A stretch of DNA of 64,000 nucleotides from Octopus sinensis. Taxonomy: Eukaryota. Below are positions 46,900 to 60,667 of this stretch, in pieces. The notes beneath the pieces were generated by a model, which saw only the letters and a list, made by a program, of their open reading frames with translations, did not search any database and was not told the origin of the DNA. Location: assembly GCF_006345805.1 (NCBI RefSeq), contig NW_021833708.1, positions 1 to 64,000 of the forward strand. Direction: 5' to 3'. How positions within the stretch are numbered: the first letter of the stretch is position 1; each line of letters starts with the position of its first letter. Both the position numbers and the translations under genes were made by a program.

Positions 46900-49800
46900 G
46901 GTTTCTTTATTTGCCTCCAGAGCGAAGGATGAGGGAGACAATATAAAAACAAACATAAAGTGTTGGGGTTTGCATATAATGGGATAATAAAATAAAAAAG
47001 TATACTCGGTATACATTAGAAGGAGGAAAATATACATAGTATATGACACTAAAAAAAAGAGGGAAAAAGAGTCGTGACGAGATCGCCCTGATTCAGGAGG
47101 GCCTCTAGGGATAATCAGAGAACCCCCACCACCCAAGGTCACCCTGAGTAATAAGGACGAGACCCCACTCCAACTGCCTTTTTCCGACTCACGGGTCTAT
47201 ATTGAGAGGAGTACCATCCATCTTGCCATTATCGCAACTTTCACCCAACTTTTCATAAATTCACCCGAGAACAATACCTCCCTCTCCACCCTCACTTCCT
47301 TTCCAAGTGAAACTAGAAAATGTCGATGAGGGCTTTACCAAAGAGGAAAGTTTGTGTCCTCATTCCTTTCAACCTCGTCCTCCATATAACCTCTGATGCC
47401 ACAGCCACCAAACAAAGGAAAACTGCCTTGCCAGGCCGATTAAAGGACGCGTTCCAATGGTCAAGCGGTCGATCTTCTGCCAACTTCCTTTGCGTGGCGG
47501 CTTAGGAATACCATAGATTTTAATGCGCAGCCAAACACTCAGGTTGCGCCACCTGCATCGATTTCTAGACGGTGAACGTGTGTGGGCTCCGTTTGTGAGA
47601 CACGGCGGGGATTCATCATTATGGACTCGGACGACAGACGGATCTGACCTACACGCGACATAACTCCGCAAGTCAGCAATGTCCGGACACTGAAAGTCTG
47701 ACAGCGCATCTGTGCCTGTACAGTTTATCTTGAACTGGTAGCGCCCCCCCCCCCGTAGGCCAAAGACATCTGGAAATTATTCATAACAGTCCCCGACCGG
47801 ACAGGCCTCCAGAATAGATTTGCCAGTGAGTCTTCGTCGACACCTGGGGCCACCCCGAGGAGGACGTCGTCGCATTTCCCCGCTACCAATCCTCTATAAA
47901 TATTTAAAGTGGAACATCCACCGATCTTGTTGCCCGACTTGTTGAGGACAGTGAGCGCCTGACGATATTCTAAGTGCCAGGCACCCAGCCTCGGCCTATC
48001 CTTTACCCAGGACTGCAGCACTGTCAAGGAGACGAGCTGCAGAAAGGCGTGTCTCACAAACGGAGCCCACACACGTTCACCGTCTGGAAATCGCTGCAGG
48101 TGATGCAACCTGAGTGCGTGGCTGCGCATTAAAATCTATGGTATGCCTAAGCCGCCACGCAAGGGAAGTTGGCAGAAGACCGACCGCTTGACCATTGGAA
48201 CGCGTCCGTTCCACAAGAAAATAAACAGATACGCTCCAATCTAATCAAGCAGTACTGGGGAAAGGTACAACGGTCAGACGATAAATAATGACAGAGGCGA
48301 CGTAGGCATTCGTTAACTCTGCCTGACCTCTCAGGGACAACTTCCACTCTGTCCATTTCTGTGTAAGAGAGGTCACCCTGTTTGTTACCTCTTCCCAATT
48401 CTTATCCATCTGGGAGCCGGGGCAAAACAACACCCCGAGCAGTTTCACTGGTCCGTCAGTCCAGCGCCCGACGGCATCGATCTATCTCTCCAGGTGCCCA
48501 ATCGTAATCCCACCGACTTGTCGGCATTGATTTCAGCCCTGCAATCACTCATATTCCTTCACAATGGAGCCGACCGTCTCCACTTCGGAGGTGTCCGACA
48601 CCATGACGGTGATGTCTTCCGTTTATGCAGACACTGCCCTCCCGAGCCCAATTTGGAAAGGAAAGCCTCTTAGCTGTTCCAACTTCCGCAACAGTGACAG
48701 CCAGCACATACAGAGGAGGTGGCAGCGGGCAGCCCTAACGGACCTAACATACGGTTCCGATAAGTGGCCATTTACTTTGACCACCGAGCAGGTACCGTTG
48801 TGAATTGCAGCAATCCAACCTCTGAAAACGGGTCCGAAACCGGCCGCTTTAAGGATGGCTTCCAAGTAGCGAAGGCTGCCAAACAAATCTAGCATGAAAA
48901 CAGAATTCGTAGAACAACCATCCAAATTTCAGAGGGTTTTCGCACAATAACAGCGCCCGTCACCGAGAGCCGTGATATGCCGTCTAGGTACGAAGTAAAT
49001 TTCACTGTCGTCGTCGGCCCATCATCCTCCCCAAACAGCCACGCAAAGTGCTGCTGAAAAGCCGCACATATCTGCTCAGAACCGAGTAGCACGCGTCCGT
49101 CCCGATCTGTGAAAGACTTGATCGTGTTTTTTTTTCCACGTCACGTCTCTACCGTTCGGGTTCATCGGACGGCTTTAGTTCCTTCGTGTTTTAACGCAGG
49201 GGCCTTAGCTCTGGCGACGCACCCTTTGTATTTCGCCTTAAAGAAATGGTGAAGGGCCATTCTCGCCGCTAACACGTCGGTCGCAATGCCTTTACTAGTA
49301 ACCTCTTCTAATTTGCTAACTTGATTTCCCTCTCATCTATTTCTTTTTTTTTTTGGCTAAATCTTTGCTAAACGCTATCGATTCTACTCTAATCGCCCTC
49401 TTCAGAGCGATCCACCACCGGCTGTAGACATTTGCCCCCGTCAACTGCCGCTTAATTAGTTCGCTAATCCGATCCCTGTAGTCTTTACGAGCCGGTAAGG
49501 ATGCATTCTACTTCCAGTAACCAGGTCCCTGTATACGGGTCCTATCTAAGTCAACTGCGCATATCACAAATTTGTGATCTGTGTAGCTGACCAATTTAAA
49601 TTGTGGACAACCTATGCTATCCCTTCCTCTGACCTAACAAATACTCTATCTAAATACGATCTCGATGACCTTTATGTCCACACTGGCACATCAGGGAAAT
49701 CCAGTCGGTATATGCCAGAATGTTGGTAAGTGCTGAGTAGGTTTTCGAGGCTTTTATATCCCCTTCTACTATGTACTAATGCCACACAGTCCTTCCGTGC

Positions 49801-50620
49801 ATCCAAAATACTATTCCAGTCCCTCACTAGTACTAAAGTGCGCGACGTTCCCAAGAATGTTTCCAGACGTCTGAAGAAATCTGGCCTTCCAGCTCCTGTT
49901 GGGCATAAATCGCCACTAGTCTAAAGGCACCACCTTCACTACCTTTCATGTCCAGGACCTCCAACCTACCATCCGGATCCAGGAAAATTTCCAGAGTAGT
50001 ACTCTCGATAGACCAGAAGATGAGAATACCTCGTAGTCTTCGAAAATAGATGCTAGAGCGTGTTTTCCGAAGATCCTTGTTTTACTAATGGCAGTCACAT
50101 CAAATCAAGTGACCTGAGATCATTAAGCAAGTGACCTTGCTTCCAAGCCGATCCCATGCCACGCACATCCATACCCCCCATTCTCAGCACAGCCATGCTA
50201 GTAGGAGGAAGAAAGTGAGGAGGTTACTCACCTTGGTTTTCGAGGGGCTTTGATGGATAAAGTTCGTGCTGGAGTCTCGTGCACTTGTTTATGATTTAGC
50301 ACTTGTGGTACTTGTAATGTTGGCTGTAGTGATACTTCATTTTTCTTTGTTTTAGGGCAGGAAACCTTTAAGCATTTTACAGATCCGCATTCATGGCGTC
50401 TTGGCTTCGACCCTCCAGGAACAGTGACAGGTGAGTACTATCCGGGAGATCGATTAGATCAGGTAACTGGTCGATATGGTCCTGCTTGCATTGCAAGATC
50501 AGTTCCACACCTATACCTAACTAGTTTTGCTTAGGTAGTTTCTTGACCTCCAGTATTGTGACTTCGTCTCCTTCTGAACCCGCCAAGACGGTCGCCACTC
50601 ACCAGGAAATGGATATTTCT
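46900..50620 (-). mobile_element. Degenerate Tx1-like (L1 superfamily) LINE with ORF1 remnant, APE and RT; contains an inverted internal piece
   Basis: Minus-strand peptides LPDLIDLPDSTHLSLFLEGR (ORF1-like), LVLVRDWNSILD (APE), KLLGVLF...WKLSLRGQAEL and HLERKVRVERE. The 3' end AATAAAGAAAC abuts (TTG/TTA)n. Confidence 0.75.
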
Positions 50621-50679
50621 GGCGGCACATTCAGTATCTGAATCTAGGAGATTAATAAAAAGTTGTGATTCTTCAAAGT

Positions 50680-51300
50680 GGTTGCGCAATTACATTTAGC
50701 TTCTTCTTCTTCCGTCCCAAATCTCACCTCAATGGTTCCAAGCTTCTTTCCTCGGCTGATGTGGGTCTTTTGTTCCCACACGCGCCCAAAACATTTTTCC
50801 TACCCGCCCAGACTTAACTCCGATGCAACAGTATGTGACCATACATCTTGCGATATTTTCTATCACGTTGGATGGAGGCTTTAGAGCTACCCTTCTTACA
50901 TCTTTTTTTAACAAATTTTCTAGCAAATTTGAATTCTTCTTCATCTGTGGAAGCACTCCATAATTTTTGTCGCTGACGCAAAAGAAACAGGGGTGATAAA
51001 CTTAGATAAACTTAGATATGTTTCGACCAAAGATTGGTCCAGGCTATGTCTAACTTAATAGCACCACCTGATAGGATTATTCGAATCCTGTTTAAGTCAA
51101 GTTTTGTTTAAGTCAAGTTTTGTTTAAGTCAAGTTTTGTTCAAGTAGTGAGTTCTTGTTGGGTGAGTTGTATCCAATTATGGGTGGCTTATCTGGTATTC
51201 TCTGAAGGAATCTATCCAGACTCTGTTTAAAGTTGATGGGATCCTTTTCCTCTTTGATCTCCCTCGGGACAATGTTAAATAGGGCAGGGCCTGTTGAGGA
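50680..51300 (-). mobile_element. CR1/L2-type LINE fragments including a 3' end with a 16-bp tandem tail
   Basis: TGPALFNIVPREIKEEKDPINFKQSLDRFLQRIPDKP; (GTTTAAGTCAAGTTTT)x3 at about 51091-51140. Confidence 0.65.
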
Positions 51301-52232
51301 AAAGAAATTATGTTGCAGTGTACATGTATGTTGTGATCTTGAATTGGGCAGGGGACGTATGGCCTGCATTTTTATGTTTTATTTCTTTCGTATTTTTGTT
51401 GCTGCTGTTGTTGTTGTTGTTGTTACTACTGCTGCTGCCGCTGCTGCTGCTGTTACTGTTGTTCTCTTCGTCGACACCCACACCCTAAATGTTGACGTTG
51501 CTTAAATGCGAAACATTTTTCGCCCCGGTAACGTCGTTAAATTTAGGCCATTCCATGTTGATATTCTCATTTATTTCCATGGTCTCAATATTTTTCATGT
51601 AGCGAATTCCTTTATCGAACATTATGATGACTTCTTTATCAGCCATATTTAAAAATTGCAGAAAATTGTGACGGCGCAAGAGTGGCTGTGTGGTAAATAG
51701 CTTGCTAATCAACCACATGGTTCCGGGTTCAGTCCCACTGCGTGGCGTCTTGGGCAAGTGTCTTCTGCTATAGCCCCGGGCCGACCAATGCCTTGTGAGT
51801 GGATTTGGTAGACTGAAACTGAAAGAAGCCTGTCGTATATATGTATATATATGTGTGTGTGTATGTGTTTGTGTCTGTGTTTGTCCCCCTAGCATTGCTT
51901 GACAACCGATGCTGGTGTGTTTGCGTCCCCATTACTTAGCGGTTCGGCAAAAGAGACCGATAGAATAAGTACTGGCGGTGCTCCAGCATGGCCGCAGTCA
52001 AATGACTGAAACAAGTAAAAGAGTAAAAGAGTATACGTGTTTTTGCCGAAAGCAGTTAAAATTCAAAATTGCTTTATGCACACCCTATGCAAAACAGCGG
52101 GTATTTCTACACAAAAACACTCTCTGCACAATCCAGACAATTTCTGAAATAACGGAAATGAAAAGATATAAAATGAGAAGGCCGAAAAGATTACAAATAC
52201 GTCTTGAACTTACTGAGCACCAACTTTCTGTG

Positions 52233-53071
52233 TGCCCTGATGCAGTACCAGGAAGTGGCTCTCATGGCTTCTGATCTTAACTGATTGGAAGTGTTATCAT
52301 GTACATTGTTTTGTCTTGGTATAAAAGATGGGTTTTACAGCAAATATTCTGCTCAATACCACAGATTTGCTTGTCAGTTGTTTGACCTTAACCAGTTGAG
52401 CATGTCCCTTAGTGGCTGACGATATGTGCATCTCTGATCACGAGCAGAAGTAGTGAGGGAGCATCATAGCCATATGTTGAGAGGGATTCTTTGGGGTTTG
52501 AATGCCCTGATGCAGTACCAGGCAGTGGCTCTCATGGCTTCTGATCTTAACTGATTGGAAGTGTTATCATGTACATTGTTTTGTCTTGGTATAAAAGATG
52601 GGTTTTACAGCAAATATTCTGCTCAATACCACAGATTTGCTTGTCAGTTGTTTGACCATAACCAGTTGAGCATGTCCCTTAGTGGCTGACGATATGTGCA
52701 TCTCTGATCACGAGCAGAAGTAGTGAGGGAGCATCATAGCCGTGTGATGAGAGGAATTCTTAGAGGTTTGGATAATTCACCTTTGGAAACATGGGTAGTT
52801 CGTTCAGCATCCTTAATCCTTAGTTAGGGACTTTTTCAGTGGGATGGGCTACTTGACCTGAAGAAAATTCTAACTGGGTCCTACCTGCAAGGTCATGTGC
52901 TGTTTATCTTGATATGAGATCACCATGTCACGCACATATGGTTGTGATGCATGTGCCTGGTGTACCCTTATCAGACAGGTAGTCATGATGGGTATACTGG
53001 GCTTCGTATCTTTTGCCCCTGTGTCACTTTGATGGCACGCACTGCTCTTTCACTGAATGATGATGATGATG

Positions 53072-53138
<67 letters not shown>

Positions 53139-54139
53139 TAATAATACTGCTCAATACCACAGATTTGCTTGTCAGTTGTTTGACTTTAAACAGTTGAGCA
53201 TGTCCCTTGGTGGCTGACGATATGGGCATCTCTGATCACGAGCGGAAGTAGTGAGGGAGCATCATAGCCATATGTTGAGAGGGATTCTTTGGGGTTTGAA
53301 TGCCCTGATGCAGTACCAGACAGTGGCTCTCGTGGCTTCTGATCTTAACTGATTGGAAGTGTTATCATGTACATTGTTTTGTCTTGGTATAAAAGATGGG
53401 TTTTACAGCAAATATTCTGCTCAATACCACAGATTTGCTTGTCAGTTGTTTGACCATAACCAATTGAGCATGTCCCTTAGTGGCTGACGATATGTCTATC
53501 TTTGACCACGAGCAGAAGTAGTGAGGGAGCATCATAGCCATATGTTGAGAGGGATTCTTTGGGGTTTGAATGCCCTGATGCAGTACCAGACAGTGGCTCT
53601 CATGGCTTCTGATCTTAACTGATTGGAAGTGTTATCATGTACATTGTTTTGTCTTGGTATAAAAGATGGGTTTTACAGCAAATATTCTGCTCAATACCAC
53701 AGATTTGCTTGTCAGTTGTTTGACCATAACCAATTGAGCATGTCCCTTAGTGGCTGACGATATGTGCATCTCTGATCACGAGCAGAAGTAGTGAGGGAGC
53801 ATCATAGCCGTGTGATGAGAGGAATTCTTAGAGGTTTGGATAATTCACCTTTGGAAACATGGGTAGTTCGTTCAGCATCCTTAATCCTTAGTTAGGGACT
53901 TTTTCAGTGGGATGGGCTACTTGACCAGAAGAAAATTCTAACTGGGTCCTACCTGCAAGGTCATGTGCTGTTTATCTTGATATGAGATCACCATGTCACG
54001 CACATATGGTTGTGATGCATGTGCCTGGTGTACCCTTATCAGACAGGTAGTCATGATGGGTATACTGGGCTTCGTATCTTTTGCCCCTGTGTCACTTTGA
54101 TGGCACGCACTGCTCTTTCACTGAATGATGATGATGATG

Positions 54140-54209
<70 letters not shown>

Positions 54210-54662
54210 TAATAATACTGCTCAATACCACAGATTTGCTTGTCAGTTGTTTGACTTTAAACAGTTGAGCATGTCCCTTGGTGGCTGACGATATGGGCAT
54301 CTCTGATCACGAGCGGAAGTAGTGGGGGAGCATCATAGCCATGTGTTGAGAGGGATTGTTTGGGGTTTGAATTGTTCACCTTTGGAAAAATGGATGATTC
54401 TTTCAACATCCTTAAACAACCCTTATTCAGGGACCTTTTGAGTGGGATGGGATACTCAACCTGAAGAAAATTCTAACTGGGCCCTACCTGCAAGGTCATG
54501 TGCTGTTTATCTTGATATGAGATCACCATGTCGCGCACATATGGTTGTGATGCATGTGCCTGGTGTACCCTTATCAGGCGGGTAGTCATGATGGGTATAC
54601 TGGGCTTCGTATCTTTTGCTCCTGTGACACTTTGATGGCACGCACTGCTCTTTCACTGAATG

Positions 54663-54731
<69 letters not shown>

Positions 54732-54740
54732 TAATAATAA
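52233..54740. repeat. Nested tandem array of an (AAT)n-tailed non-coding element: 270-bp unit inside a ~1068-bp duplication
   Basis: tgccctgatgcagtacc recurs at about 52233, 52503, 53301 and 53573. Near-identical ORFs at 52951 and 54019 are 1068 bp apart. Confidence 0.85.
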
Positions 54741-57700
54741 TATAGACATTCTTTGATGATTGTAGCACAACATCTATTGTCACCTAAAAGGTGACCCAAA
54801 TCGAATGTAATGATAAAGGTATGGGTGTTGTTTTAGACAAGCTCCCTCCTTACCTCGCATTACTGCTGTTGTTATTGTTATTGTTGTTGTAATCGACTGG
54901 TCCCCTCCCCGTAAATTTCAAGGCCTTGTGCCTTCAGTAGAAAGAATTGCTGTTGTTGTCGGTAGCAACGTTTAGCTCCAGATCGGCTCTTATTAGGCAG
55001 CTGTATTATGATTAAAGGCTTTCCAGCCGTGACCATATCCCTTTGTGAATATATAGAACTGCATTCATCATCCCATGTGCTCTTCTCTTTTTCTTTCTTT
55101 TAAGACAGTAGGATTAGATAATTGAAGATTTGGCTGCTATTTCTTGCAGATCGAGTGACTTCTGTGTGTGTTGGCGCTGTTGTTGTTATTTGTCTCTAGG
55201 TCAGTCCTCGTTGTTAAGGCCTGTGATGAAAAGGCGTTCTTGCCGTGACCATCAAATAATTTTATTAAAGGTTACGTTATCCTGTGTGTTCTTTATGTTC
55301 TGGGTTCAGTCCCAGTGCGTGGCACCTTGGGCAAGTGTCTTCTACTATAGCCCCGGGCCGACCAAAGCCTTGTGAGTGGATTTGGTAGACGGAAACTGAA
55401 AGAAGCCCGTCGTATATATGTATATGTATATATATATGTATGTGTTTGTGTGTTTGTGAGTGTTGTCGCTGTTGTTGTTATTTGTCTCTAGGTCAGTCCT
55501 CGTTGCTAAGGCCTGTGATGAAAAGGCGTTCTTGCCGTGACCATCAAATAATTTTATTAAAGGTTACGTTATCCTGTGTGTCATTTATTTTTAAAAGCTG
55601 GTTGTGTGCATTTTGACAAAGATTTAGTTGCGATTTTTAAAGGGCCAAGCAACAAGGTAAAAGGGTCCCTTGCATTTGTGATTTATTGGCTGTGTGGTAA
55701 GTAGCTTGCTTACCAACCACATGGTTCCGGGTTCAGTCCCACTGCGTGGCACCTTGGGCAAGTGTCTTCTACTATAGCCTCGGGACGACTAAAGCCTTGT
55801 GAGTGGATTTGATAGACAGAAACTGAAAGAAGACCTGTGTGTGTGTACGTGTACGTCTGTGTTTGTCCCATCATCGCTTGACAACCGATGCTGGTGTGTT
55901 TATATCCCTGTAACTTAGCGTTGTAGAAAGGAAACCGATAGAATAAGTACAGGACTTATTACAAAGAATATGTCCTGGGGTTGATTTGTTCGACTAAAGG
56001 TGGTGCTCCAGCATGGCTGCAGTCAAAATGACTGAAGCAAGTAAAACAATACACATTTTTATACTGATAAATTTTCATTTCCATATATAACTATATGTAT
56101 CTATTTTCATTCAGCAAGTTTATTAATGAGATCAAAGCTTGGCAAAAGCGTAGAGGAGATAAGGTGTCTGCCTGAATTGGGTATAGGTCTGATTGTAATT
56201 ATTTTATACTTACTATTTAGTAATATGGTTACTTTACATTTTGAATTTTGATATGACACTGAAAAATCCTAAATGTTAAATTTTACTCTTAATTCGCTTG
56301 AAGAAAACGTTTTCTTTAATTAACATAATTGTTTTGTTCATCAATAAAGAACACGTCTGAAACAGCTGTAGTGAACCTCAGCCCATCTGTGATATGATTT
56401 ATATTTATGTATATGGTGTGTTTTCATTGTCCAAATGCTTTCTCTTAACTAATTCATGAGATACTAACGTTTGTTTTCCTCTTTTTGCTGTCTGCTATAA
56501 TAGCCGAGTTAACCCATTCCAACACTTTCTATTTTTTAAAAGTATTTTGGTAAGCTCATCCACAATAACGATAAACCCTACATTCACGAAAGAGGAAAAA
56601 CTCACAACAGACCTCATTACATACAAAACACATAAACCCTTGAAAAACAAAACGGAAACCCATGTAACAGATGTGACCCCACATTACAATAAATGAAGGC
56701 TTAGAACCCCCAAAAATATCTTACAGTATTTAGTTGTATCATTTGCAGCTCTCTGTTTTGGGAATTTTATCCATCTGTGAAAGAGTGTATACGACACAGT
56801 ACCAGTCATGTACTGCAACCAATTAAACCCACCATACCAACTCCCTATAGTTTATGGTCTTATATTAATATCAGAAACCACGGTTACATTTGTATTTAAC
56901 TAGAATGTGTCATTTTTAAAAGAAAATTATCAAAGAAAAGGACGAGAGGAATTTTTTAAAGATGGTCTTCAATTGAAAAAATAAATTGAACGAATAAAAA
57001 AAAGGTGAAAAAATTAGAGAAATCTCTGTTGATTTTCTGGTCAGAAGAAAGAATTTATAGTAAATACTGTAGCTACTTTTCTTTTAAATTCTTCAACATC
57101 GAGAATTGGTCCAGACAGAGAAGAAATTTAAGGAAAATAATCCCTAAAAATAAGAAGGATTAAGAAAGGAAAATGAAGCCGGTGAATCATTTGAAATTTG
57201 AAGAGAGAAAAAATCAACAAGAGATGATTTATATTTCTGAACGGTTAGTATTTATATTTCCGCTTGAAGATTCCACAATTGCACAGTAGTTACCCTTACG
57301 CATATACCAGTACCTTGGTGTTAGTTTCCTTCCAGCTTCCAGCAATAATCCCTTCACTAATCTTTGCTAATTCTCCCTGCCTATCAACCCGTAGAACCTT
57401 TTACCCACCTACACCTCTTTATTGTTTATGTTCAGATAAATGTTTTCGCCACTCCTTTTCCTCCTTGCAACAGGCTTATATAATTGCCTTTATATTTTGT
57501 GTTGACACCGTCTTTAGTGTAAACGTTGTCATGTTTTATATTCTTTATAATTTAACAAAAAAAAAAAGACTGCCTATATACACATATGCACACACTTATA
57601 TGCATTTTCTTTTACTGAAACTGAATATTTGCTTCACGACTCGAGTTCCGTGTTACTATGTTCTTCAGGTGAGAAACTCTAGTAACGAGACAAAGCCTCG

Positions 57701-57973
57701 GTTTCAGTTTGAAGGAATGGAAATTAACCCATCTCTTCTGCAACTTGTACTGAGCAATACTCTCTTATTCGTCTGATCTAAAACCAACCAACACACACAC
57801 ACACACACACGCACACATACACACACACACACACACACACTACTACATACTTTCATTAATAGCTTTGTCTACGCGTTCCATTTTTAAAATGATTTGCTTC
57901 ACGTCAGTTGAATTTTCTAAATTCTTATGACATAATCTATCTATCTATCTATCTATCTACCTACCTACCTGCC

Positions 57974-58107
<134 letters not shown>

Positions 58108-58113
58108 CCTACC

Positions 58114-58150
<37 letters not shown>

Positions 58151-58177
58151 GTCTATCTGTCTATCTATCTATCTATG

Positions 58178-58216
<39 letters not shown>

Positions 58217-58217
<1 letters not shown>

Positions 58218-58824
58218 AGGAAGAGCTATTTTCATCATCCTTGTGGCTATGGCGAAAGAATGTATCTGGTGGACGCGTCTGAAAGGATTGGAGACAAACA
58301 CTTTCCTCTCTGGTCAATCTCTCATCAACTTCTTCAAGTACCACTTGAAAAGGAAAGTGAGAGTAGAGAGGCAAGTTTTGTCTAGCGAATGTTTTAAAAA
58401 AAGATGGGTGAATGTAGCAAGGATGGCACGTATGAATGACGAAGCCACCTTGACTATGATTCTATGAACCGTAAAAATTAATACAGAGAGTTGCTTATTT
58501 GCAAAAAAAAAAAAAAGAAATATAACATGTGACTTCATTGACCGAGGTTACCGTGGTCTTTTCCGTAGGCTTTTCTTTCCACGGGTAAACCTCACCTGTC
58601 CTCCCCTTTACACTTCATATTGACATTTCTGTGATAACGATCCCTATTGATCAAGTTTCCCCTCCCTTTTTTTTTTAATTTTATTCCCCCCTTTTTTTGT
58701 CCTCTTTCTTTCCCTTTACGATCCCTTTCGATCGAAAACCAAATCCGATTTTTTTTACCCCCATAAGAAAAGCTTTTGTAATTTGTCCTGTCTGTGTGCA
58801 GCCCTGTGTGGCTAATAAAGAAAC
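58217..58824 (+). mobile_element. 5'-truncated Tx1-like LINE 3' end inserted in (TATC)n
   Basis: [13 protein letters not shown]...[13 protein letters not shown] is homologous to the 3' end of 46900-50620. AATAAAGAAAC at 58814-58824. (CTAT/CTGT)n on both flanks. Confidence 0.7.
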
Positions 58825-58860
58825 ATATCTATTTATCTGTCTGTCTGTTTGCCTCTCTGC

Positions 58861-58904
<44 letters not shown>

Positions 58905-58906
58905 AT

Positions 58907-58988
<82 letters not shown>

Positions 58989-59544
58989 GTCTGTCTGTCT
59001 GTCTGTCAACCTGTCTGTCTATCTATTTATCTCTCTCTCTCTCTTTTACTCTTTTACTTGTTTCAGTCATTTGACTGCGGCCATGCTGGAGCACCGCCTT
59101 TAGTGGAGCAAATCGACCCCGAGACTTATTCTTTGTAAGCCCAGTACTTATTCTATCGGTCTCTTTTGCTGAACCGCTAAGTTACGGGGACGTAAACACA
59201 CCAGCATCGGTTGTCAAGCAATGCTAGGGGGACAAACACAGATACAAAAACATATACACACACACATATATATATACATATATACGACAGGCTTCTTTCA
59301 GTTTCCGTCTACTAAATCCACTCACAAGGCATTGGTTGGCCCGGGGCTATAGCAGAAGACACTTGCCCAAGATGCCACGCAGTGGGACTGAACTCGGAAC
59401 CATGTGGTTGGCTAGCAAGCTACTTACCACACAGCCACTCCTGCACCTATTTATTTATACATGCATGCATGCATACATACATACGTACATACATACATAC
59501 ATACATACATACATACATACATACATACATACATACATACATAG

Positions 59545-60667
59545 TGTTACGGTTGGCTAAGTGCAGTTCCCGGTGACCCACATTTGGAATTATGGTTCCG
59601 GCATGTCTGGGAGTGAAAAGTGACAGCCCTTTGTTTACGGAAGACTAATGGGTTTTGGAAGGACCTGTGACCTTGTGCGGGTGAATTAGGGGTCGTTCTA
59701 GATACCCCGAGGAAGACAGATTAAGGAAATCTGAGAGCAGATAGAGAGGGTGATAGGCAGCAGGCGATAGAGACAGATTAAGGGATCTGAGAGCTGTCGT
59801 GAGAGAGATAGAGTATAAGGCTAAGGGACAGATAGAGAGGGTGATAGGCAGCAGGCGATAGCGATAGAGTAAGGAATCAGAGAGCAGATAGAAAGGGTAT
59901 GAGCGGTACAGAGGGAGATTGGAGGGAGTGGAAGTCAGGACAAGGAAGTGAGGTTTTGGGCAGTCGGTGATCGGTCGTCAGAGAACACAGACGGATCTTG
60001 GAAGTTAGGAGCAAGCGTTGGAATTTTAGGAGCAAGCGTTGGGATGCGAGAGAACTTGGCGGCACAGAAGGGAATATGTACAGAGGAATTAGCAGTATTC
60101 AGAGATGAGTGCAGAATGGGACACTGGCGATTCAATTAGGAATTGAGGTATTTAATTGTATTGATACGTGTCACGGTGTATTGAACATTGAAAAGAACAG
60201 TCAAGGACTTGTCGATATGTCGATTATCGAGTTGTGGTATTTATGTTCAGAATTGTGTTGATGTGACGTTATCTGTGATGTTTAGAAAAAGACTTTAATA
60301 GAACTGTTGTCTTCGGACGTGAACTTTGAATTGTACTCTTGAATTGCTGTTGTTAAATGCTTGATCTGTGGTATACCCGTATGATGTATTGATTTGTTGT
60401 TTGTCTTAAATGTATTTGATGTTGTAACCATTGATTGCCATATAAACTAGTTGTTGAATATAAGCCAGTGTTGCCAGTTGTTGCCTTGCCTCTTTTGGTG
60501 TCTCTCTCGGTTGTGCCTCTGTATCTCTCTGTGCTGCTGCGGTTGTTGTTGCAGTGTCTCTCCTCTCCTCTCTCTCCGAGTTTCCGTAGCTTATTCGCTG
60601 ATCGAATCGGGCCTGTGTGTGAGGATTTCCGTAACAGTTTTCGGATGCTCCCCACTCGTTCGTAACA
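59545..60667. mobile_element. Probable solo LTR (1123 bp)
   Basis: Termini TGTTACG...CGTAACA (7-bp inverted), imperfect 4-bp flanks ATAG/ATAC, internal short tandem duplications, no coding capacity. Confidence 0.6.

Noticed and set aside
50356-50430. Apparent 75-nt phase-1 exon with strong splice sites (ttttag ... gtgagt)
   Set aside because: It is the antisense of the Tx1 ORF1 remnant and lies downstream of the host gene's stop codon; there is no partner exon.
55160-55585. ~125-bp direct repeats flanking a SINE fragment as a giant target-site duplication
   Set aside because: Too long for a TSD and the SINE is partial; a simple local tandem duplication explains it.
57264-57776. 170-aa ORF and nearby GAAACTGAA/GGTTTCAGTTT IRF-like motifs
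   Set aside because: Low-complexity composition, no recognisable domain or exon chain, and the motifs are too short to be significant.
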